Source of the DNA: Paramecium tetraurelia
Taxonomy: Eukaryota
NCBI GenBank assembly: GCA_000165425.1
Contig: CT868016.1
Coordinates: forward strand, 1-64,000
Direction: 5' to 3'
DNA: 64,000 nucleotides
Every line of letters starts with the position of its first letter. Positions within the stretch are counted from its first letter, which is position 1. Of the stretch, positions 1-12,556 are shown piece by piece. The notes under the pieces are model-generated. The model had not been told where the DNA came from and did no database searches. It saw only the letters and a list, made by a program, of their open reading frames with translations. The position numbers were made by a program, and so were the translations under genes.

Positions 1-2
1 TG

Positions 3-353
3 TTATGCAATGATTTATACCATGTAGACACTTTCTATGAAAAATCTGGAGTGGTAGTGTATGCTGAACTAAGAAATGGAGCAGAATATAAACTGATTGA
101 AATAGATGTGAATGAGCAAGGATAGAGATTAACGCCCTGTCGTTTGTTACAGGGAGAATCAAGAGAAGAGCTAAAGAAAGTAGCGAATAGATTGAACAAG
201 ATCTTAAGATGCTAGGGGCTAACCAAATTAAAGATAGACCAGTTCATGATCTGCCCGTTCTGCATAAGAACGTTTGAGAAACAACAAATATTTAAACACT
301 CCTGTTTAATGAGGGTCGACCTCTTACAAATCAAACGGGGCCGTCGACAATGA
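3..353 (+). CDS. 3' end of a gene truncated by the window edge; C-terminal C2HC-like zinc-finger motif
   Basis: Open in code 6 from base 3 to TGA at 351-353; ends ...CPFCIRTFEKQQIFKHSC...GRRQ*. Confidence 0.7.
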
Positions 354-1585
354 TAGATTATTCATACATCATTATTATTATTATTATTATTATTTAAATA
401 ATTAAATCTTTGAACCCTAATTGCCTAATCTTTTTAATCAAAATAAAGATCAACTATTCTAAATTCATTCTATCCTCATCATACTGAATTCACGTAAAAT
501 CAAACTGCATAATTAATCTTATATAAAATTCAATCTTAAAAGATATCTCTTAATTTCAACCATCTCTAGTGCTTAAATACTAAATTTATTATTGATCTAA
601 TTAAATATAAACTTTCATTATGAGATATGTGTGGTTGTTTCTTTTATTTTTACTTTATCTAATGTAAAATAAATTAGATTTATATTTCATTTTTGGTATA
701 ATTTCACAACTAAAGAGAACAATGTTTAATTATTAATTTATTAGTATTTGTGACTGCATCAATTTTAGTCTTCTATAATTGAAAAGTCAAAAAGAATATC
801 TGACTTATTAGAGATTACCCTTTTTTTTATTTTGAAAAAAATTAGTTTTTGAAGTAGGAAATTAACATTATTTTTAGTTAAAATTTAATTTCTCAATGAG
901 TAAGCCTGTTTATTCTAATTTCAATATAAAATAAAACTATTGTGCTATATAAGGCTAAAATAAGTGATATCAATATAAAAGCGAGATTGGAATCAAGTTA
1001 ATTTAATGCGGAAATTCGGATTTTATTTTTAAATATGGAAAGAAAAATTACAATTATTAATTTGAGTTATATCAATTGAAAATTTGTGTCAAGGCTTGAT
1101 ACCAACCAAACCTAGACTGAGGAGTAATCTAGAAGTTGCCAATACTTTATTATTGAGATTGGCAAAAAATTGAAAACAACAATAATCTCCTATAGGAAAT
1201 TATTTTGCCTAGAACAGTAAAGTTACATTTACAATTGGAATTAAAAGTGATTTGTTAGATATTACAATGAAGGAAGAATTGCCTGCTAATTTGCAGGCTT
1301 TCAAATAAGAGCGAGGGTCAATATTAATTAATAATTTTGAAATATCTTATGTATTCCTATCTTACAATAATGACCCTTCCATAATAAGAAAATAGTAAAA
1401 ATATTAAAAGACTTCTAATATTTTAGTGTAATTTTGATTAACTTTTAAAATTAATCCAAAAAATAAATGAAATTTATTTGTTGTAATATAATAATATTTA
1501 TCAAATCAAAGATTAAACGAAATTTAAGAATATATTTAATGATAGAATAAATTAAATTTGATAAATCAATTTGATTAATTTATAA

Positions 1586-4500
1586 TCAAATACTCAAAAT
1601 GCCTGATTTTATTGGTTGTAAACTGACTTAAAGTAAGACTGGCCTACAATATTTTTATAATTGTTGATAGACATCTATAGTTAATGTTGAAATAAGAATT
1701 AAAGTAAAGCCACTTACATTAATCCAACCAATTATTTCAGCTGGTTCTTGATCTTAATTAGATTTGATATTTTCATTCACAGCAAAGACTAAAGTATTTA
1801 GCATAATCAGTATTTCTGATATAAATAACTNNNNNNNNNNNNNNNNNNNNNNNNNNNNNNNNNNNNNNNNNNNNNNNNNNNNNNNNNNNNNNNNNNNNNN
1901 NNNNNNNNNNNNNNNNNNNNNNNNNNNNNNNNNNNNNNNNNNNNNNNNNNNNTTTAAAAATCCCTTCCACTAAGAGATGAAAAAAGATTTGGTTTACTCC
2001 CATTTTTATTACTTAAAAATTAAAAAAAAGGAAGCTTAAAGTAAAAAAATTACAAATTAAGGCAACTAAATGTTATAAGAAAATAATTATATTAAAAGTG
2101 AATCTAAATTGGAATTAACCACCTAAAACAGGGATGCAAAGGTGAATTCATAAAAATTCGATGAATAAATTCTTATTAATCCAGAGTAAATAAAATATGA
2201 ATATTATTTTCTCGCCAATTTCTAAAAGGAAAAAATTATTTTGGTCACTTTAAAGAAGAATTCTGGATAATAATTATAAAATATGGCTGGCCAATTCTCA
2301 TACTTAATATGTGGAAGAAATTAATAAAACAAATAAGAAAGTACAAAATAAGCACATCCTACTGCAATGACAGAGAGTAGAGTTTATAAGTTTAACAAAA
2401 AGTAACAATTAATAGAATAGTATTCGAATTTCCATTTGGCAGGTATAATTGGAACTTCGAAGTCAAAAATATTTTGGAAAAGTTAATCTGTTTACAAAAA
2501 TTGGATTATTGGAGTAAATGAGCCGATTGTAAATATTTCAAAATAGATTATTAAGTTTTCTGGGAATATTACATTGTGGTATTTCATAAATGATAATTAT
2601 TGGAGCATATCAAGAAGATTCCACAAAATTTCTAAATTGCCAAACAAAAAAGCAATTACACTTACAATCAAGATGATATACATAACAATTCTTCCTATAA
2701 GGGCAGTTTTTTCAATAATAAATTATTGATCCTTTGACAATTTGTTTGGAGATTTTAATGATAATATTACTTCATTGGAGTATAAAGTGTTATCTTGCAG
2801 ATTTACAATATTACCACACTTAATTGTTACCTTCAAAACAGGATTCTCGATTTTTGTTTTAAAATAAACTATTATTTTATAAGCTACGTCATTCAATTCT
2901 TTAGAAATAGAGATCATTGGTCTAACTTCAACTTCATATTAGCTATCTTTAGCTTTTTCAAGAACAACTATAATCATTTGTAGAAATTGTTCTTCACTAA
3001 TTTCTGTAACATTCAATCGTACCTATTCTGAAAATGATAATTTGTATTCTTGATAATCTGAGTTTGATTTGGAAAGTTTATTAAGTATAATCTTAGGTAG
3101 AATAATGTAATTGCAAACACTAATGTTATTTTCTTAACGGCATTTCCAATTCATTTCAACTTTACAAGTATCACTACACCCATCATTATTTTGTAGATTT
3201 CCATCATCACATGCTTCTAACTCTTAAATTAAATATCCGTCCCCACAAACATTATGACATTATGATCCATTTTCTAAGTATCCTTTTTAACATTCTACAC
3301 ACAACCCTTAGAAGCAGTTAATACATTACTTATGACATGAGTAGGAACATTAATAGCATCCATCAAATTCAATATTATTTCCATCATCACAAAATTCCTT
3401 TCCTACTGGGTACCCATCTCCACATATAGAAATGCAAACTCCATCTGATAATAGCCACCCTTTCTTATAACAATCTTAACATATTGGACCATTGCAAAGA
3501 TTACATCCTTATTGACATTGTATTTGGCATTTATAACAACCATCATAAGGTAAATAATTGCCATCATCACATTATTCTTCCATGCTAGATATAATGCCAT
3601 CTCCACAGAAATCAATACATGAATTGGAAAAGCATTCACCTAGATATTCATCCCAAATACATTCTCCATTTTCACTATCTGAATAGCAAGCCTCTTTGAT
3701 TGTGTAATCTGAACAATTTTACTTTTTTGTGCAACCTCCCTCTAACTTAACTGTGCAATAGGGTAAATATGAATTGCATTCCAAATAATTAGTAAGTGAA
3801 ACTGATGCAGTTTAACAAGTTTTGGTATAACATTTGTCATCTATCCAAACACAAGGATTTAGATTGATATCAAAGGTACAGCCATCAATAATATTAACAT
3901 CTTCACAAGCATTTCTTAAAATACATTAATATCCATTAGTAACACATCTCTTATCTTCAAAAATTTAAGCACACGCTGAATCTATAGCGTATTAGTAATC
4001 AAAGCACCCTTTTATACGGCAACCCTCCTTTCTAACAAGTAGAAAGGAATCCTATACACTCTAAATGAGATTAGGCAAGTGCAGGTCCATTTTCACATAT
4101 CCTTTCTAAACAAGTACTTTTCTCCTCATGCCAAAAACAATAGACTCCACCTAAGTTTTTTTGCCCATCACTCTTACATTATTATTAAGTGTAATTCATA
4201 CATAATGATTAACCAATTTCGCATCCATCTAAATAAGCATTTACAGTGCATGAATCACCAAAATACTATTGACAACTATGTGCTGTATATAAAATCAATT
4301 ATGCAGTAGAACATTTCTTGATATTACAACTATTTAGATTGATTAACCAATCACATTCTACGTTATTTTTATCAATTACACATTGTTCTTGGATTAAATA
4401 ATTACTACAGTCATCCAAATATTGGCATCCCTTTAAATTTATATTAACTGTGCAAGAATTTATTCGCTAATTACATTTTTCATAAGTAGTATAAGTGTCT

Positions 4501-7500
4501 TCTAAATTTAAACAGGTTAAATTAACACACTGATTTAATGATGTTTAAAAGTAACATTCATTTCCAAATTTATCTATGTAAACATTGAGTTTATTTTGCT
4601 AAAGAACAAGAAATTGGAAGGTCTACACATTGAATTAGATCAAGTTTGACAGTACAACTTTTATTTAAAGAAGACGATTCGCATTATTTATGGGTATTAT
4701 AAGTGATATCTGCTTAAGTGCAATCTTCTACACATAAATGATTGTTACTATCCCATTAACAATTAGCAAGCCAGTTATTGCAGTCTGTTTTTGATAATGA
4801 GGATGTAGTTTTATTTGAACAAGTCTTTTCTGTGCATTATGTACTATTCCAAAAGCAAGGAATTCCTTAAGAATTACTATTAGTATCACACAAAAGGCTA
4901 CTTGAATAATTGATACAAGGACCAATAGTTATGCAAGTTGATCCATCCCAAATGCATTTGACAGAAAAGATATTACAGTTACTACTTGTTGTTAAATCTG
5001 AGCAATTTAAGAGTTGGCATCCCTGCCCAGATGATGACATACAATATGAACGCCAGCGAGCACAAGAAGAATTATAATTGGAAATATTATGAATGTATGA
5101 AGCTTCACAAATATTGATACAAACAGTTGCATTCCAATAACAGTCTATCCCATCAATCGTAATTACACATGCTTCTTCATAAGTATACTCTGAACATAAT
5201 TATTTCTTCACTGTGCATTTTGTAGTCAATGAAAGATAAATTGTCTAGAGTACACTTACTTCATTGCAATCTTTATGTGATTNNNNNNNNNNNNNNNNNN
5301 NNNNNNNNNNNNNNNNNNNNNNNNNNNNNNNNNNNNNAGTATTTAGAATTAGAACATTTAGTAGAATAGATGGGACACCAATAACATTGTGTAGATACTT
5401 CCCAATAATAAGCATAACTATTCTGGCATCCAGATTGTGTAGTATACTCATAACAATATTTGGGATAGCATGAAGAATTGTACCATTTACAATTTGATCC
5501 ATCAATAAGTTTTGTTTGAGTACACACAACAGAGTTAGTAATGTGTTTACAATCCATAAAGGAGCAACCTTGGCCTTTAGTGTAATTTAATCTGCAATAT
5601 TGGGCATTTATTAATAAGCATTCACGATTCGAGACTGCATTGGTGTTGAGTTGACAATCAAGATAATTTACGCATTTACCAGCTTGCCAAAAACAAGAAT
5701 AATATTAGCATTGATAAATTAATTTTATTTAGGTACAATCTCCAGAGTAAGTTTTACAACTAGTACCGTCAAAAACGCAATCATATTTCCAACCATAACA
5801 TCCTTTATCAGAGGTAGCATTTTTAATATGCTCACATTTTCTGTTCTCACAAGTGCTAGTAGAGGAATTATATCCACATCTTTGAATAATCTAGCTTGAT
5901 TGGGCTATTGATGCGTTGCAAAGTGAAGCAGCACCTGAAAAAAGATTGCAGGAAGTCAATAAGACACAGCAATTACAATTTGTATCATATATATAGGTTG
6001 AGGAATAGTCTTAACATTATTATCTTTTCTGTGAAAGAGTCGTAGATGAAGTAAAGTTCATAGTTTTTTGCGCTATTTATCCGATGCATTAATATTTACA
6101 AATTCCAGAGCAAGACTATACATACTAACATAGTTGTCCTAATCGTGTTTTTTAGCCATCACAATTACTCTTAGAGAGAAGCTTATCAGAACAAATCGTA
6201 TCTCTTCGACATATGTCAGAATAGTTACACACTTAATCACTTTGCATTATTGCACTGTTACAAACTTAATTTGTCAAATCTGAACAAGTTTTAGTAGAAT
6301 AACATCCTTATCCACTCGATTATAACACACAACTTTTATTATATAATTGACAGAGCTCATTACTTTTACTATCAGTAACAAACTCACATTAATAGTTTTG
6401 TACAACCTAGCATTAAGAATCAAAATAATAACATCTTTCATTACTTAATGTAACAGTTAATTTACATATAACTGGATTTGTAATATACTCACAATAGGCT
6501 GGTCTAGTTTCACATCCTGGTCCAAATGTTCCTTTGGAACTAATTTTCAATTGACAATAATTAAATTTCTTGAATCTAAAACATTCAGCTTCGGTTGTTG
6601 CAGTTGTATTATCTGTGCAAACTACTTCCTTACATAGTTAATTTTAGTCATCCCACTTACAAGGCTACTAAAATATAGTGATTTAGCATTGTTATTTATA
6701 TTTATAATCGCAAATATAGGAAAGATCTGAGCAATATCTATCAATACTATTTAAAGTGCATTTGGGCAGGAAGTTTTCACAATCCTCATGTGATAATTCT
6801 CCATAGATTCTCTTATGACAATCCACTTACCCATTATTATCATCATCCTCATTTTTACAATTTTATTCTGCATCATCCCAATAACAATACTATCCATTCA
6901 AATTCGTTCTGCAATTCCTTTGTCTGATAAATTGATTACAATTTTGCTTCTTTTGTTCGCATCCTTCAGCTGTAAAGGAAGGAGTAACAGTGCATTAATG
7001 ATTCCATGCAAAACATTCTTAATGAGTTTTATACATGTTATTGTTAGGCGAAGATGTGCAAGCAACTGAATTAGGCCTGACTTTACATCCCCCTAGAGTA
7101 TGATCAAAAATGCAATAATCCAGCCAAGTATTACATTCAACATTATTGGTATAATCAATTTTAGAAGCATCTGAGCATTCAGATATTTTACAATAACTGT
7201 TATTCCAAAAACATCTGGTTCCATTTTATAGATTCAATTCACATTATTGTTAACTTAACATTAGATTACAATCAGTCGGCCATTATTAGCATCCTTCTCC
7301 AGTAGGTCCAATTATGCAAGAACCTAAAAAGACTTTAAATGATTCGCAAATTTCATTAGTTTTATATTAATTAGGATTTGCATCTGTACAGACTTAATCA
7401 AGACAGATTTAATTAATTTAATCCCATTTGCACTAAAATCCTGAAAGTGTAGAATAGCATTGATCTTCAAGAGCATGTGAACAAATATTCATTTTTTCTA

Positions 7501-9052
7501 CACATCCAATCAGAATTTTTTAGTTGTTTGATAACATTTAAACATTAACTGTGCATATCGGCAACCATGATTCACATTTCTAATTAGTATCATATTGCGG
7601 TGGAGCACTTTTACATTTCTTCTCTATACATCCTTGATTCAATATGCAAACAGTGCCACTTGAATCAATAGTGCAATACTCGATTTCTAGAATATTCTCA
7701 CATAGATAATCTGTACAACCCAAAGAATCGATATTAAAAGTGCAAAATTCACTTGCCTATTAGCATATATCATGACTCTTGTAAGTTGGTAATTACAATT
7801 TATTACATTCTAATAATAAGCAGCTTCCTTCTAACCAAACACAACTTTCTTTATTATAATTGAATTCACAAAATTATTATTCTAGAATCTCATCACATAA
7901 TTAAGGTGTTGCATTACATCCACCATTTAATTTCCCTATGCAATTTCCATATGTCTTACAATCTGTATGGTCATAATAAATTGGTGCATGATAACATTAT
8001 CTTTATTCGCATCTATTGTTGTACCATTTGCAATCCTATAATTCTACAGAATAACAATCCATTTCTCTAACATAACCATCACATAATTCGGGTCTTATTT
8101 TACATCCTCCGTTTTCAGAAGTAACGCAATCTAATAAATTATCATAATTCTAGCATTATTGATAATTTGTAAGAGTATTAGGAGCAGTGCTACAACTCTT
8201 GATTTTACATTCATTTTAATGATACTCGCATTTCCTACCTTAAACATCAGTAACACAGCCAAATTTATTTTAAGCATCACTACATTACCTCCTTATTACA
8301 CAATGAACTCCATTTGATGTACAATCACTTAACTATGATTTACACTCAAAATCTTAAGAAAATGGAAGATTCTCACAAACTTTTTCAACACACATACTAC
8401 TTTTTTTATCCCAAAAGCAATTTTCTTATCTTTACTTACTTTCAAAACATTAAAACTCTTTATAATAGTAATTACACGATTCCAATTACTCAATGCATCC
8501 ATAACCTTTCTCACTTACAGTGCAGACACCTAAACCTTCTTTACACATTTTATGACTGATCAAATATGTTGGCAATTCTTCACAAATTACAACATCTCTG
8601 CATTTTTTCTCTATATCCTAAACCCAAAAACAGTACTTACCATTTTTATTTTTATTTTGGCATCCATTCTCTGTCTTATAATCTTTACAATCTAATATTT
8701 GAACACACTTTATGCCATCAAACACACATTTATATGAAGATTCTTAACAATAATCTTTATTAAAAATGCTACAATCTGTAAAGTTTATGCATTAACCAAA
8801 ATGAAAACCACATGATTTTTACTCTCTGCAATCTTCTTTTGCGAAATTTTTGCATGAATTCTAATTTTAAATTTACATATTGTATGTTTGACCTGGGCAT
8901 ATTTTACATTAATTTATGTCCCAAAAGCAAATACCTGATTTTTAACATTCAAATTAACTTTTAACATGCCCACAAACACATTTAGAGATTTCCGAACTTC
9001 CTAATGATAGAAGGTAGAAGAACAAAAGATAACAGAATAAATGAAATTTCAT
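1586..9052 (-). CDS. Giant cysteine-rich surface protein (~2,490 aa): signal peptide, surface-antigen-like Cys repeats, three CGDG..CDDGN..DGC repeats, C-terminal multi-pass membrane domain
   Basis: Starts MKFHLFCYLLFFYLLSLGSSEISKCVCGH; periodic C-x-W/CTV repeats; CGDGIISSMEEQCDDGNYLPYDGC etc. at ~3130-3620; hydrophobic helices ~1650-2700; TGA at 1586. Spans two N-gaps and has apparent 1-nt insertions at ~4581 and ~4024. Confidence 0.85.
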
Positions 9053-10499
9053 TTAATTTTATATAATCTCATGAAGAATCAAATTAATATGATTTCTATG
9101 CCTCATAAGGAACAATTACTTTTACCTCTTATTGAAGTTAGAGATTTAAATTATAAGAATAAGACTATTTAATTTTATCATATTTTAAACTTAAGTAAAA
9201 TTTAATTCAAGAAAATCTTCCTTCCTCATGAAAACTATCTTCAAAAACTTTTACATAGTATTCTTTATTCTTAGAATTATTATTACAGCAAAGAAACACA
9301 GTTAAATTAAATTAGATATTGTCTATTATAATTAGTCTAGATTTTCATGTTTAAATTTAAATATTTTCATTTTCTACATAAATCTATTCAGAAAAGAACC
9401 TTCATCAATATTTCTGATCGAAGTTAAATTTAAGATTAAATTTCAATTAGAAATTCTAAAAATTAAGGTTCTTAAAATCTAAAATGAGATTATTAAGTTT
9501 AATTTATATTTTACTTAGAACAAATTGTAGCGATATTTTACTACAATCTAAATTAAAAATAGCTTTTATATCAATTTAGAAAATCAGCAACATAGCTTAA
9601 TCAAAACTAAACTATTTGTAGTTATTTATTTGATAATGATTTAGACATTAATAACTAGATAGCTTTAAGATGAGATACACTTGTTTTTTTCATAGAACAT
9701 CCAACTAAATCGAAAATATAACATGTATTTAGCAGAATTCTAATCATTATAGCAATACATGAGGTCGGCAATCTATTTCTTAACCTAGAAAAATTTTATT
9801 ATGATTCAAAATTTTCTACCATTTGGTGAAATATTATTGATTTAAATATGAAAATTTACGATATTGAACAATTTTCCTTGTATTTTAGATGAAAATTGAA
9901 AACAGAAAAGTAAAAATAAATAAAACTTTTATATATCATTATAATATAATAAGAATAGTCAAGAGTCAATTTTATAAATATTTGTTAATTTAAGGTGATA
10001 AATGTATATTTTCTTTCCATTTAAGAAAGTTAAATTTTGAATTCAAATTTTAATCTAGGATGATAAAATTTGTATTAAATTAAATTAAAATTACTAGCCT
10101 TTCAGCAAAAAAGATTAATTTATATAAATATTTTGATAAGCTAATAATAAATTAATAATTAATTAATATTTTATGTATACCAATATTTGAAGAATATGCT
10201 TTATCTCTAAAATCCTAAAAGGAGTTATTTAATTTGAGGACAGCAAATGATTTTGAAAACATTTGTTCATTATTGCAAATTCATTCAAATAGGTAAATAA
10301 AACAAGTTTTTATCGATATCGATTTTGTTTGGGATTCATGTCAAAAATTGCCTTGGGGGATGTTCAATATGTGAATCAATAAATGATATGGAAGCAATTT
10401 GCATTGATTTTCAAAATATTCTAGCTTTCTTAATGGCCTGAGCAGAATGTGTGGTCAATATTGTGAATTTTGTGAAAGCTAATTATAATGAATAATTTG

Positions 10500-10545
10500 G
10501 ATTCAATTATTTAAGGTGCATTAAATGCATAGATCCCTCAAAGCA
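10500..10545. repeat. 46-bp sequence duplicated at 11236-11281 (contig overlap across the N-gap)
   Basis: gattcaattatttaaggtgcattaaatgcatagatccctcaaagca occurs identically before the gap and directly after the telomere tract. Confidence 0.95.
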
Positions 10546-11171
10546 NNNNNNNNNNNNNNNNNNNNNNNNNNNNNNNNNNNNNNNNNNNNNNNNNNNNNNN
10601 NNNNNNNNNNNNNNNNNNNNNNNNNNNNNNNNNNNNNNNNNNNNNNNNNNNNNNNNNNNNNNNNNNNNNNNNNNNNNNNNNNNNNNNNNNNNNNNNNNNN
10701 NNNNNNNNNNNNNNNNNNNNNNNNNNNNNNNNNNNNNNNNNNNNNNNNNNNNNNNNNNNNNNNNNNNNNNNNNNNNNNNNNNNNNNNNNNNNNNNNNNNN
10801 NNNNNNNNNNNNNNNNNNNNNNNNNNNNNNNNNNNNNNNNNNNNNNNNNNNNNNNNNNNNNNNNNNNNNNNNNNNNNNNNNNNNNNNNNNNNNNNNNNNN
10901 NNNNNNNNNNNNNNNNNNNNNNNNNNNNNNNNNNNNNNNNNNNNNNNNNNNNNNNNNNNNNNNNNNNNNNNNNNNNNNNNNNNNNNNNNNNNNNNNNNNN
11001 NNNNNNNNNNNNNNNNNNNNNNNNNNNNNNNNNNNNNNNNNNNNNNNNNNNNNNNNNNNNNNNNNNNNNNNNNNNNNNNNNNNNNNNNNNNNNNNNNNNN
11101 NNNNNNNNNNNNNNNNNNNNNNNNGTGCGCTCGCGAGAGTGTTAATGAAGGCTGGCCAGTCCATGGTATCT

Positions 11172-11235
11172 CCCAAACCCAAACCCAAACCCAACCCCAA
11201 CCCCAAACCCAAACCCAAACCCAAACCCCAAACCC
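11172..11235 (-). repeat. Paramecium telomeric repeat tract (C3A3/C4A2 on +; G-rich strand is -), marking a left chromosome end
   Basis: cccaaacccaaacccaaacccaaccccaaccccaaacccaaacccaaacccaaaccccaaaccc joined directly to unique sequence. Confidence 0.95.
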
Positions 11236-12556
11236 GATTCAATTATTTAAGGTGCATTAAATGCATAGATCCCTCAAAGCATTTAATTTCATTCCAAATT
11301 TTGTCCATGCTTTTAAACTTTAAGAGATGATATAACAATAAATTTATTTGAGGCATGCTTTCCGCTACAATATTATCAAAGTAGAATAGCAACTTTATGG
11401 GCAGACTGTGATGCATCTTATGTTTGAGTTTTTAAACTAACTATTTGTTAAGAACAGTGTAAATTAAGATTGTAAAGACAGTAATGGATAACTTAACAAA
11501 GATGATTAATCTTGAAATCTATTCTAATCTTAAGTTCATTATGATATAGAATAACTTGATTGAACAATTATAGGAAGATTAAGTAGTCAGTTGTGATTAT
11601 TTTTTCAAGTGGGCCATATGTTGAATAAAATTATCTATTAATTTATAATTAGAGTTAAAAGTATTCGAATTATATGTTAACTGTTATATCTATTGATTTC
11701 AGTTTAAAATCGAATGCAATAAGATACTAAGACTTAAGATTTAATTATTCTTTACTTCTTAATAATCGAATATTTTGGATAAAAATACAAAATTCTTGCC
11801 CTTTAAAAACTGAGAAATGCATTTTATCTGAGCAGAAATTATTGAATATGATGTTAATTAATTATTTTTCAATTATAGTGTACTACTTTTTAATTATAAT
11901 TTTCAAGTGGATTAATAATGCCTAAAATGCTGTTGGTAGTCCTCTTTAAACTACCTCCTATTCCTTAGATTGCTTTTATAGATGAAATTTATGTTCTAAT
12001 TGTTGTTGATTTGAACAACTTATAAATAAAATATGCTAGAGTGATCTGGTAGATAATATTACAACAACAACTACTATTTTCATCTACATCAATTTTCAAC
12101 CAAAAATAATCAATTAACTCATTGAACTTATTTCTTCTAGAACTATTTCTGGATTCGCATGGATTCAAGCAAATGTTTCTTAATGATATAATACTTCAAT
12201 GCATATGAGATGGATGTTCGAGTTTGTCTGCCACTAATTGTCTTAATACTAATCATTATTCTTTGTCATTTTNNNNNNNNNNNNNNNNNNNNNNNNNNNN
12301 NNNNNNNNNNNNNNNNNNNNNNNNNNNNNAGTATGAAGTGCAGGCTTATTTTTGGGAATTCATTAAAATATCCGAAAAGAATTGATTATTCTCTCATTTG
12401 TTGAATATGAAGATACTCTATGAAAGTTCTGACAATTTGTAAACGTTATGCAAAAGAGCAGGACAATTAGATGATATACAAACATAAAATGAGATGAGAT
12501 ACAAAACATTTGATATCAACTAAAATAGTAGCATACTAAAAGCAATTATAATATTT

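Larger units (their letters stand above)
10247..12270 (+). pseudogene. Possible decayed Cys-rich (furin-like repeat) gene relic spanning the telomere-addition site
   Basis: Fragments such as CGQYCEFCE and GCSICES in shifting frames with TGA stops; no intact ORF; boundaries approximate. Confidence 0.3.

Noticed and set aside
371..395. (ATT)n microsatellite
   Set aside because: Ordinary AT-rich 3' UTR low-complexity sequence
11125..11171. GC-rich 47 bp distal to the telomere tract (gtgcgctcgcgagagtg...ccatggtatct)
   Set aside because: Lies outside a chromosome end at a contig edge with alien composition; most likely untrimmed vector, adaptor or low-quality read end (check with VecScreen)
10525..11330. 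ORF-track entries with GLGLGL / PKPKPK repeats and long X runs
   Set aside because: Translations of telomere repeats and N-gaps, not proteins
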